The notes under the pieces were generated by a model. The model ran no database searches. It saw only the letters and a program-made list of their open reading frames with translations, and was not told the origin of the DNA. Of a stretch of 64,000 nt of DNA, positions 13,592 to 23,641 are shown one piece after another (the first letter of the stretch is position 1; the number at the start of each line of letters is the position of its first letter). Location of the stretch: positions 19,282,001 to 19,346,000 of the forward strand of contig NC_088861.1 of assembly GCF_963853765.1 (NCBI RefSeq). Reading direction: 5' to 3'. Made by a program: the position numbers and the translations under genes. This DNA comes from Magallana gigas. Its lineage: Eukaryota.

Positions 13592-16500
13592 CTAACCTGG
13601 GGAGCATTTTTTATTTATTTTTCTAATAAAAGCACATAATTTCCTCAAAGAACAGTGTTTTGTACTTGCCATTATAAATTTGAAACTAATAGCATTTTTT
13701 ATTTTTATATTTATATTTGATAAGCATTGCTTGCGTTCTTGCTGCAACGAGTTACAACTAAGTATGTAGTGAAATTCATCTCCTATTTCACACTTATTAC
13801 AATGAGCACAGAATCTTTCATGTCTGGGAATATTTGCCCAACGTCCACTTTCAATGGGTAGATGGTGATTACATGTTCGAAATCTACAAAATGTAATTGC
13901 ATCTTTTTTTGATAATGTATCAAAATAATGTTCAAATTTTAACTCTTCCTTATAAATTCTATAATTTAGAGCTTTTGGGGATGATTGTAGAATAGATTGC
14001 CAATTTTGTTTGAATTGGTCTACCAACGTGAGTTTTATTTTTGCCTTTAGCCATTGTGAGTTATGTATAGTTTGATTAATCCATATATTAGATAAACCGC
14101 AATTATTTAGAATATGTTTGATATTTTCATACCAAGGGATTTTCCCCCCAATTTCGTGATTCATACAAATTCCTAGATCATATATTAACTTTGCAATTTT
14201 TGTATCTTTTCCGGTAAGTATTCTTGACCAATAAGAAATAATGCGTGTTTTAATTTGAATTTCAAGTGGGTATCGACCAAGTTCACCATATATCATGAAA
14301 TCTGGAGTTGATTGTTTTAAATGGAGTAGAAGTTTACAAAATTTGAGATGAATTCTTTCTATAATTGCAATATTTGAAAAGCCCCAGACTTCACATCCAT
14401 ATAACAGTATAGGTTGGACAATTTTGTCAAATAAATCTAGTTGACACTGTACTGATAGATTATGAAATCTCCCCTTTTTTAACACTTCATATAATGCTTT
14501 TGTAGCTTTTTCGGCTAATTTCTGTATTGCAATTTTAAAAGATCCTGCTCTGCTAAATACTATTCCCAAGTAGTTAAAATCAGTAACAACTTCAATAAAT
14601 TTATCGTTATATTTTATCTGCACGTTTTCTTTCTGCCTACCTTTGCTAAATATTATTATTTTAGATTTATCGATATTCATTTTCAGGTTCCATTTTATGC
14701 AATAAGTATGAAAGCAATCTATCTCTCTTTGCAATTCCTCGGGAGATTCAGCTAACAGTACAGTGTCGTCTGCATATAATATAGCAAATAATTTGAAAAA
14801 TATATCTAACTTATTTTCTAACATGTCAGTAATAGTTGGTAAACCTTGTACATTAGACTCATTTAAAAAGTCATGCAAATCATTAAGGTACATAGAGAAT
14901 AAGAAGGCTGACATATTTTCACCTTGCCTCACTCCGTTTTCACAATGAAAAAAAGTAGAGGTTTCATTATTGTAAACAATTCTTGACTTAATATGACTGT
15001 ACATATTGAAAATAATATTAAACATTTTGCCACAAATATTATGGGATAATAGTTTAAACCACAATGCTTTTCGCCATACGTTATCAAACGCTTTTTCGAA
15101 ATCTACAAACATACAATAAAGTTTTTTCTTCTTCATTCTCAAAAGTTCGAGTAGAATATGCAATGTAAAAATATTATCAATGGTTGAATATTCTTTTCTA
15201 AAACCGGTTTGGTTTTCATGTAATACGTTAAATTCATCTGAAAATGTATTCAGTCGTTCGTTAAGAATGGAGGTAAAAAGTTTTCCAATACAGCTTAGTA
15301 TAGTGATTGGTCTGTAGTTTTGTGGGTTGGTTTTAACTCCCTTGTTTTTGTATATTGGTATAATATTTCCCTCCAACCAAATAGAGGGAATCTTACCAGA
15401 CGAAAAAACTAAATTGAACAACTTTTCATAAACTGGCAACATTAACTGCTGTGTTGCTTTAATATATTCGTTTCTTATCCCATCTTCCCCACTGGCTTTA
15501 TTATTTTTTAGATTCTTAATTGCTTTTTTTATTTCATCTTGGGTAATGTAATTATTTAGATCGTGATTATAATCTTCATACTGTAAATTAGCAATTTCAT
15601 TATCAACCATGTGATTATTTTCATCGCTTATTTCGGGAGACCTGTTTAAGTCTCTGAAATACTGATAAAGATCATCAATACCGATTGCCGATTGATTTTG
15701 GCAATTTTTATTTTTGTTATTCTTATTTATTACTTTCCAATATTCTTTAGGATTTTTGTTTTTGATATCTTTCAAATGTTTACTAATTTTGTTTCTGTAC
15801 TTCAGCTGCTCTTTATCAATAATTTTTTTGTAGTTTTTTTCATGTTCTTTATATTTTTTATGCGCATTTACTGTACGTTTTCTATAATAATAAACTTTGC
15901 TATTACGATATTTTGTACGAGCTTTTTGGCATGCTTTTGTAAACCAAGGTTTTGAATTGGTATGTGTTTTTGAGTTTTGATTTTTTCCACCAATAACACC
16001 TGAGCCTATGGCAATTTTAGCAGCATCTATATATATATTATTAAGGATTTCGACAATATCATTAATAACAACATCCGTGGTATTTTCAACACAACTGTTA
16101 TCTAACAATAATAAAAGTTTGTTAAGATGTTCGGTATCAATAGATTGTACATATAAGTTTTCTTTAGTAGGATCCCATGGTTTGATTTTTTCTAAACAAT
16201 CAACCTTCAATTGAGACACAGCTGCATTTGTATTTCGCTGTAGATTTAAATACAATAAAATTGGTGTATGACAATCAGAAAAAAGTTTGCTTTGTTCAAG
16301 AACTCTCATATTCGACACATATTTATAAGTAGAATAATCACAGAGGAAGTAATCAACAGTGCTCGAACCTTTACATGTTAGCTTCCCTGATAAATTATCA
16401 CCAATGCGCCCATTTACAATTAGCATCTTGTTTGCTTTACACATTTCTAGTAGCATTTTACCATATGCATTTTGGTGTTTGTCTTCGTTGTTTCTTTCAG

Positions 16501-17074
16501 TTTTATTGCTTAAAAATGTCAGGTCATCTTCCATGTTATCAAAAATTTCATTAAATTGGTCATTTTTTGCATTTTCAATATCAAAAAATTCTGAACTTGT
16601 TCCAGTTCGAGCATTGAAATCACCTGTTAATATTACATGTTTATCATCAAAGCACAATTCTTGCATTTCTAATTCTATCATATTCAATGAATCTCTATTA
16701 CTGTATTTTGAATTTTCTGGAGGTAAATATACAATGCCTATTAATAAATTCTTTTCATTATTAGTAAGTTGTTTCGAAATTTCAAACCATAATACAGCTT
16801 TCGATTCCGTTTCATGTATGTTAATAAATTCGCTCAATTCTTGCTTATATGCTAGTATAATACCTCCAGAATTTACTCTACCATATTTGACTCTGTTTTT
16901 CATTTTTATTTCGTACCCATCAATTTCTATAACATCTAAATCGTCAGTTTTTGTCTCTTGTAAACATACGATATCTTGCTCTTTGACAAGTTCTTGGAAT
17001 TCTGAGTAATTCAGTTTTTTCTTTACGCCGCAACAATTTAATGACAGAATTTTAAGGTCACAATAAGTACGCAC
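13592..17074 (-). CDS. LINE ORF2p: AP endonuclease + reverse transcriptase (~1160 aa, no ATG at the start)
   Basis: APE motifs LNCCG, LQET, VYLPP, GDFNA, TVDY and SDCH. RT motifs NYRPITILS, NQTGFR, FVDFEKAFDNV, GVRQG and YADD. C-terminal CAHC...DEFHYILSC. Confidence 0.95.
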   Translation of the reverse strand: MRTYCDLKILSLNCCGVKKKLNYSEFQELVKEQDIVCLQETKTDDLDVIEIDGYEIKMKNRVKYGRVNSGGIILAYKQELSEFINIHETESKAVLWFEISKQLTNNEKNLLIGIVYLPPENSKYSNRDSLNMIELEMQELCFDDKHVILTGDFNARTGTSSEFFDIENAKNDQFNEIFDNMEDDLTFLSNKTERNNEDKHQNAYGKMLLEMCKANKMLIVNGRIGDNLSGKLTCKGSSTVDYFLCDYSTYKYVSNMRVLEQSKLFSDCHTPILLYLNLQRNTNAAVSQLKVDCLEKIKPWDPTKENLYVQSIDTEHLNKLLLLLDNSCVENTTDVVINDIVEILNNIYIDAAKIAIGSGVIGGKNQNSKTHTNSKPWFTKACQKARTKYRNSKVYYYRKRTVNAHKKYKEHEKNYKKIIDKEQLKYRNKISKHLKDIKNKNPKEYWKVINKNNKNKNCQNQSAIGIDDLYQYFRDLNRSPEISDENNHMVDNEIANLQYEDYNHDLNNYITQDEIKKAIKNLKNNKASGEDGIRNEYIKATQQLMLPVYEKLFNLVFSSGKIPSIWLEGNIIPIYKNKGVKTNPQNYRPITILSCIGKLFTSILNERLNTFSDEFNVLHENQTGFRKEYSTIDNIFTLHILLELLRMKKKKLYCMFVDFEKAFDNVWRKALWFKLLSHNICGKMFNIIFNMYSHIKSRIVYNNETSTFFHCENGVRQGENMSAFLFSMYLNDLHDFLNESNVQGLPTITDMLENKLDIFFKLFAILYADDTVLLAESPEELQREIDCFHTYCIKWNLKMNIDKSKIIIFSKGRQKENVQIKYNDKFIEVVTDFNYLGIVFSRAGSFKIAIQKLAEKATKALYEVLKKGRFHNLSVQCQLDLFDKIVQPILLYGCEVWGFSNIAIIERIHLKFCKLLLHLKQSTPDFMIYGELGRYPLEIQIKTRIISYWSRILTGKDTKIAKLIYDLGICMNHEIGGKIPWYENIKHILNNCGLSNIWINQTIHNSQWLKAKIKLTLVDQFKQNWQSILQSSPKALNYRIYKEELKFEHYFDTLSKKDAITFCRFRTCNHHLPIESGRWANIPRHERFCAHCNKCEIGDEFHYILSCNSLQQERKQCLSNINIKIKNAISFKFIMASTKHCSLRKLCAFIRKINKKCSPG

Positions 17075-17128
17075 GCACTGAGGTTCATTGATTGGTTTTG
17101 TATTTTTAGAACACTCCCCAACGAGTCC

Positions 17129-18145
17129 CTATCGCGTTTCCTGTGACGAGCTGATTCGACGCCTTTTGTTAGACACGCTCCGATGTCGGTTTGGTGTTGG
17201 TCTGTCACGCCTGGGTGGGTTACTGTACTCCTCCTCAGTTTCCGGGTTGTAGGGTTGACCATTAATGTAGAGAATATCTCTAACTAACTTCACATGATCT
17301 CCTTTCTGCTTATGTTCTTTCATGATCGGATAGAGGCTTTTCCTTGCTTGTTCTATCTCTTCTGGGAATTGTTGGTTTATTTGGAATGGCTTTCCTTTCA
17401 GTTTTTTGGCGCTTTTGAGCACTTGATCCAAATCGCACTGATATATAAATTTCGCAACGATTGGTCGAGCTCTTTTCTTGTTTTTCTTTCCAAATCTATG
17501 CACGCTGGTAAATTCAACTTGGTGATCAATATCAAGGTTTCTGGCCATGAAGTCACGGAGAACTTCCTCGGTGTTTTCATGATCATTCTCATAGATACCT
17601 GAGAAAATCAGGTTGTATTTCATAGATCTACACCTTAAATCAGTGATCTGGTCTGAGAGCTCTTCATTTTCCTCTATTAGCTTTTTAATTTCAGTCTCTC
17701 TAAGGGATGTGCATCGCTCGAATTTGGATTCAATATCACCGAGTTTATTTCTGAGATCTTGAGTTTTTTCTTCCATGTCCGCCACCTGCTCTTTTACGCC
17801 ATCAAACACATTACTCATGCCATTTAAATGCTCATGGAATTCTCCACATGTTTTATTGACCGCGCTCATCTCATTTTCAATGGTGTTTACTCTGTTTGTG
17901 ATGCTTACCATTTGTTCACATAATTTGTCGACTTTTTGTAGCGCATTATCAATTGTTTTATTTTTGGCATCAATTGTTGCACTCATTTCATTGAGACGTT
18001 CATTGATAGTTTTCCCCATATTTTTCATCAGTTCATACAACTTTTCCATGTTTATCTCACTTTCTCTTTCTTGTTCTTCTTCGCCCCCATATAAAACAGT
18101 TCTACTTTCGCCTAGTAAACTCACAGTTTGTGTTTCGGATGACAT
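17129..18145 (-). CDS. LINE ORF1p (338 aa from the first ATG): coiled coil followed by an L1-ORF1/Transposase_22-like RRM and CTD
   Basis: Heptad-rich N-half, then motifs RCRSMKYNLIFSGI, VHRFG, RPIVAKF, INQQFPEEI and LVRDILYING. The ORF-track start at 18154 is GTG; the first ATG is at 18145. Confidence 0.88.
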   Translation of the reverse strand: MSSETQTVSLLGESRTVLYGGEEEQERESEINMEKLYELMKNMGKTINERLNEMSATIDAKNKTIDNALQKVDKLCEQMVSITNRVNTIENEMSAVNKTCGEFHEHLNGMSNVFDGVKEQVADMEEKTQDLRNKLGDIESKFERCTSLRETEIKKLIEENEELSDQITDLRCRSMKYNLIFSGIYENDHENTEEVLRDFMARNLDIDHQVEFTSVHRFGKKNKKRARPIVAKFIYQCDLDQVLKSAKKLKGKPFQINQQFPEEIEQARKSLYPIMKEHKQKGDHVKLVRDILYINGQPYNPETEEEYSNPPRRDRPTPNRHRSVSNKRRRISSSQETR

Positions 18146-19340
18146 TTTTTCCACTATAGTATAATTCGTATGTGTTTATGTTTGTTTACGTTTATCACTT
18201 GCTTAGACTAAAAATAGCTACACCTGAAGACACACCTGTAGAACCGGTTTATCCGAGCCTTTCGAACACCCACAACTTTGAGATGTTAATATTTTGCTTT
18301 AATTGTATTACCTTTAAAAACAACTGCAAAACAACTGTTCTACTACCGATTCTACACTTAGGAGTACCTTTTTTCCTCTGTTCTTAGATCCGAATTTAAC
18401 ATATAAGGCGTTTTTTCTCTCTTGTTTTGTTGACCATCTCTCCACTTTCACGCATGCGCATACACATGTAACATAATACATGTATCAATTAAGCAGTGCC
18501 TTTAGTGTAGTTTTTCCACTGCGCATGTGCGGGGGTGTTAAGGATTCATATGGGCGATTTAGCGTGTTATTATGACTGTTATATTCATAATCGTGAGATT
18601 GAATAAGTGTTTTGAATCAGATGAAAAAAGTAGTATTATCCTTTAAAAACACTTATCATTAAACGATTAGTTACTATGACTAATTAATTTTTTCTATATA
18701 AAAGGCAGCATTATGGTACAAACCAAAAGGTCTGGATAATTCAGAATAATCGAACATTGCTGAGGATCGGATATCGTTAAATCTATGCTAGATTTTGTGG
18801 GATTATCTTGTCTTTTAAACATTACCGCTTTATATTTCCCATTCGAAAAAAAGAGAAGAAAAATATAATTTTTTTAATAATTTTTATTAAATTATAAAAA
18901 TTGCGTAACTTCGAATTCTGACGTCATAAAGTGCCAGTAAGTGCAAACAATTTGAATACATAGGTAAAAAAAATACATCGTCTATCAACTCTTCTAAAAT
19001 ATTACATAACAATTTAATTTACCTGAAACACTTTAAAAAATGGCGAATTATGGGGGCCAAATATGACCGATATCATACATAGTTCATTGTCGATTCATCA
19101 TGAAATAACAGGATTCATCTTTTTGTCATCAATGAAGAGAGCATGAATCTATGCTCTTGTTTCGTTTCTTTCCAAACAACAACTCTATAGAAAACCACAT
19201 GTCTACAGACAAATAGACTGCCACACGCATTAACTTTATTATTAAGATTAATACACAAAGTCTAGATTGTCATAATTTGTGCTTTCGTTTTTTGATAATT
19301 TAAGTTAAAAAGTTGAGAGAAGTTTAACCAAATAGTTTTT

Positions 19341-21979
19341 TCAATGGTGCAACTGATGAGCCTCTCTCGTTGCTTTGGGAATTCTCCTTAACGACGATTC
19401 GATGTCCTTTTTTATTGTTTCCCCCAATGTCCTGTGGCTGTATCTTTTAATAGGTTGTCCGTCGTGCGACACTAGAAATTTCTCATAATTCCAGCTGACG
19501 TCACTTCTACAAACCGGATGCCAGCCAATCTCGCCAAAGTCTCGCGCGATTTGCCCGTCGTCATCTTGAGGTACTGGTTGTTTTACTTTGAGGTATTCAT
19601 ACACGGGGTGGGTTTGACTGCCATTTATATCGATTTTGTTATATATGGAGAATTTTGGTTCAAATTTCACCCCTGGTCTCACGTTTTGTAAAAATAAAGG
19701 AATTTCGGCGTTACTTAAGGGTTCCAATTTGCCAAATTGGTTGCAGGGAAAAGCCATAACAACGAGTCCTTTGTGTCCATATGACGTCACAAATTCATTC
19801 AACTATTTGGGGAAAAAAGAATATCATATAAATTCATATCTGTAACATTCATATATGCATCATAAATTTTTAATTTATTAAAAAAGTCTTAAAACATATG
19901 AACTTCAAAGATCCTTCCGAAATAAAATTAAGTGTGCCATTTTCTTTTTAATTTTTCAATGGCTTTATATTTATATTGCGGAACTCAGCAATGTTTGGTA
20001 ACTCTTAGATATCCTAACTTTATATTGTATAATATTAAAAATTTGATTTAACGTTAGAAAATGTACATTTACAAAATGTCCATCTTTTAAATAACTATTG
20101 GAAATCTATTTTCAATCAGTTTTGATCCTTGTTATCACAGAAAACAACAGTATAAGATGTGTTTTCGACCCCTCAGGTATAAAAACGGATTTTACATAAA
20201 TGTACTCTCATCGTTTATTTTTTTTATTTGTTGATATCTTAACTTGCTGAAAAGCTTTAACTTTGTCAAAAAGTGTAGTAAAACTTCTGCTGATTTTAAA
20301 ATAACACTATAATTAACACATATATAGATGATGACAATATTTTGAGATGAAAACCTGAATACCGTTAAGCAAGATGAGCTGTATTTAAAAAAAAAATTAA
20401 AATTGGTTTTTCTGCAAGCATGTTCTTTTGTGAAAATTCTACACAATAATGATTAACTTGATTACTTAAACACAGATCAAAAAGGTTTATCACGCAGAAT
20501 CTGTAATATGAACTTTATATAGTACGAAGTAATTATTCAACATGATGGCAAAAGTGTTTAATTTCTTTCTTCGATACAGAGCCTCATTGCTTTTTCCCTA
20601 AAATATTACCGACATTACTTTATAAGCTACAAAATATATTTTATCATTCATTTTAAGAAGTATATTACATTTTTTCTCAATAACAAGAAAACAACAGCCA
20701 TTTTGTTTTAAGTATTGAGAAAATGTTATATATGTTTTATCTTCAATTGTGAAAAGTCTAATATGCTTTGTTTTGATATGTGTAGAATAATCGGATATGG
20801 ATAAAACTAGTTTATAGAGAAACCGTAAATATGGGGTATGTCAAATATTCGTTTAAAGGAAATTAGGAGATTACAGTGTATTTCCCTTTTATTGCTAGTC
20901 GTACATGTATTTGAGTTTATTATTATGAAATTGATATTCTAGTGTTTAAGTAATGTAATAAAATACATTGTTTCCATCCTTTAATTGCCAGTTGCCAGTC
21001 TTGAAAAAGTTTTATTTTCCAATACTATACATAATGATAATGAATTTGATATTTACACTCTAGTGTGTATATCGGGAATCTTTACTTTGCAAAATAGATT
21101 TTTGTATATTTTTAAAAATGTATTATTGAATTTTAGCTTAAACGGACATTCAACCCTACTGACGCTTTATCGCAAGTTTATTTTACAATAATGGAATTGT
21201 TTTACACATAGAAATCAATAACTCTCTTATCAAATTGAAGTTTGTTATGCCGAAATATAGCACCGTTATTATAATTTCCAAGTCAAAGGATGCGAAATAA
21301 TATTTTCTATATCATGATGTTATGTAGATTGTGGTTTCAAATTTTAGATCTAATTTACAATTCCAATTGACTCTTTGGTTAAAATCTCCGGCAATGGCCC
21401 CCCATGAAAATTGAAAACATGTAGATATAGAGTATATTCTAGAAGTATTCAAGGGGTACGCAGTTTTACCTGAGACACCTGTCTTAAACCGCGTTGCAAT
21501 TTGGACCGCGGGGGACGCGCGGAAAATACGGGATCCTCGTTGATGTTACTGTAGATATAGAGTATATTCTAGAATTATTTAAATAAGTTTATCAGGTATA
21601 CTAAAAAAACCTAATTAAATATGCGTACCTGAGTAAGTTCCTGCTTCGTGTTCTTGTCACAAGAAGCCATGTTGACCACAAGAATCACTTTCCCGTGATA
21701 TTTCTCAAAATGGTCCATTTTCCCACTGGGAAGGTACGCCGACAGCTCATAAAACGAGGACACTGATAACACAGGAATCGGTTTGACGGACATATTGTTC
21801 CCGGAAACATTCGTTCCTTTTTTCCTCACGGAAGGCGAACCACTCGGAGATTGTTGGGAGTTGAATTTCCCGGCTCCATTGGTATTCGCAGTTGTATGAG
21901 GTACCTTAAGGGTCGGAGCCTGAAGATTATGCGCTGTAGCGACAGCGGTTGGTTTTTCCATCGGTAATACAGAGGTCAT
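19341..21979 (-). CDS. Glutathione-peroxidase-fold protein (GPx1/2-like, ~270 aa) with a Ser/Thr/Pro-rich N-terminal extension and a non-canonical active site
   Basis: Exon1 21979-21629 (gccATG; donor cag|gtacgc) and exon2 19802-19341 (acceptor tag|ttg), phase 0. Motifs GKVILVVNMAS, AFPCNQFG, VRPG, HPVYEYLK, WHPVCRSDVSWNYEKFLV. The start codon is inferred. Confidence 0.88.
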
Positions 21980-22065
21980 GGCGGAACTGCCAGTAACGAC
22001 AGAGAAACTCGCAGGAGAGGGGAAAGACACAGGGAATACCTCGCACTTCTTTGTGTACTTGTCAT
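21976..22065 (-). other. 29-codon upstream ORF whose TGA overlaps the GPx ATG (ATGA)
   Basis: ATG at 22065 reads MTSTQRSARYSLCLSPLLRVSLSLLAVPP and stops at TGA 21978-21976; the main ATG is 21979-21977. Whether 22065 is transcribed is unknown. Confidence 0.45.
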
Positions 22066-23641
22066 TATAAGAGAGCTAATATCGCGAATGTTGAAAATGG
22101 ACCTACTGTACGTTCTTTAAATCAATATTACGTCCCCGATATCTACGTAGAGGCTCCGAAAGGGTTTATTCAAGTATCAGCAAATACCTGGCTTCTTAAA
22201 TTTTAATTAACGTATTGACAAAACATAGCATTTTTTTTAAAACAGTTGTTAAACTTTCAAGAGATATTTAAATTCTTTCATCAAATTGGTGATAAGTTTT
22301 GAAGTTTAAAAGGAGAGTTTACTTTTTTTTTACCCAACGTGGGCCTTAAAAGTGACGTGCTTGGGATATTTGTAGAGGATATGTTTGCGATTATTGGAGA
22401 GTTAAACATTAGGCCCTAGCTTGTGTGATTACATATATTTGTAGACCATGCTTCGAGAAAGAGAAGCGACTATTGATTTAAGCTGATACAAGAGGGCCGA
22501 ACTCACAACCAAGTGTTCCGAAAAAATTCGTTTTATCTTTCGCAATATTGACCGATAATTTTCAAGTACCCTTTAATTTCTTTGTTACTTTCCACAATCG
22601 ATATCCTTTTATGCTGTATATATTAACTTCTCTAGCCGGAGATTAACACCAGTTATCAATATGTTCTTTTGAAATACATGATAAAGCCCGGTGCTCAAAA
22701 TGATGAAGATTTTTTTTTAAATTGTATCGTGGATTATTAGCGACCGGAGTCGCGAAGAACAATAGCAGGAAGGTTCAATACAAAAGCTACCACTATCTTC
22801 AAAGGCAAAGCTTTCTAGCCATGTCGTTTTCAGAGTTAATCCTTCGGTTTAATTTTTTTACAAGTATTCTTTCCCCCCTTTGATAAAAAAGAGTCGTGAA
22901 AAACAACGGTAGGGAGAATCAATATTTAAGTACCACTATCTTTGAAGTAAGGGGTTTTTTTTTAATCATGTCGTTTACAGAGCTCCTCCGTCGATTTAGA
23001 TTTTAACAAATATCTCTTTCGCCCTTTAATACAATAAAAAGATTTATGAGGAAAAACAATCTTCAATTTTTTTTTTATTTTTAATTTTTCTTCGCCATAT
23101 TGTAAAAAATACGGAACAAAGGAACATTATATTTATAAGTTTAACATTTTTTTGACAATCAACATTTCTTTCCTAGATATCAAATATTATGCCGTCGCTG
23201 TATGAATTTAATTGAAACTAACGTAAAAGAAACCATAATGTAAACAAAAATACATTAATTCTTAAGAAAAAACAATTATGATTTTTATTACTTAGAATCA
23301 AAACATAATGACAAATAAATAAAATGAAATGAAGATTTAGCTTTTCTTAATAAACAAAGAGGCTTACAACTTAGGGCTATTGGTCTCTCATGTATCTCGC
23401 TTCTTTGCCTCATTGTTCCGTTAGGATGTAATGGACGATTTGATATTTCAATACAATGCATTGTTTTTATGTTTTATCTTATTACCGATATTTTGCACGA
23501 GGTTTACAATAGGTCATGATGAAAATCGTAAAGCATCGGATATACGCCACTGTGCCTTTATTAACATTGACTTCCGTAACACATCTTCTCGATCTTCCTT
23601 AAGAAGACCAAGCATTCAATTTATTTAGAGCAAACTACGTT

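Larger units (their letters stand above)
13410..18455 (-). mobile_element. Full-length non-LTR retrotransposon (CR1/L2 group) with intact ORF1 and ORF2
   Basis: ORF1 (coiled coil + L1-like RRM/CTD) and ORF2 (APE + RT). The 3'UTR has a stem-loop and an AATAAA(TGAA)n tail at 13410-13426. The 5' boundary (~18450) is approximate and no TSD was seen. Confidence 0.9.

Noticed and set aside
14763-18164. Plus-strand ORFs inside the LINE (14763, 15692, 16008, 16359, 17294, 17775) and short alternate-frame minus ORFs
   Set aside because: They are antisense or alternate-frame by-products of the long ORF1/ORF2.
18548-19083. Complete MITE between the LINE 5' end and the GPx 3' end
   Set aside because: One end (ggggccaaatatgaccgatatcatacatag) looks TIR-like, but I could not find a convincing matching left TIR or TSD.
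19000-19340. SECIS element for the GPx-like gene
   Set aside because: The AUGA candidates lack the correctly spaced apical AA and the 3' GA of the quartet, and the ORF has no in-frame TGA. This is a manual check only.
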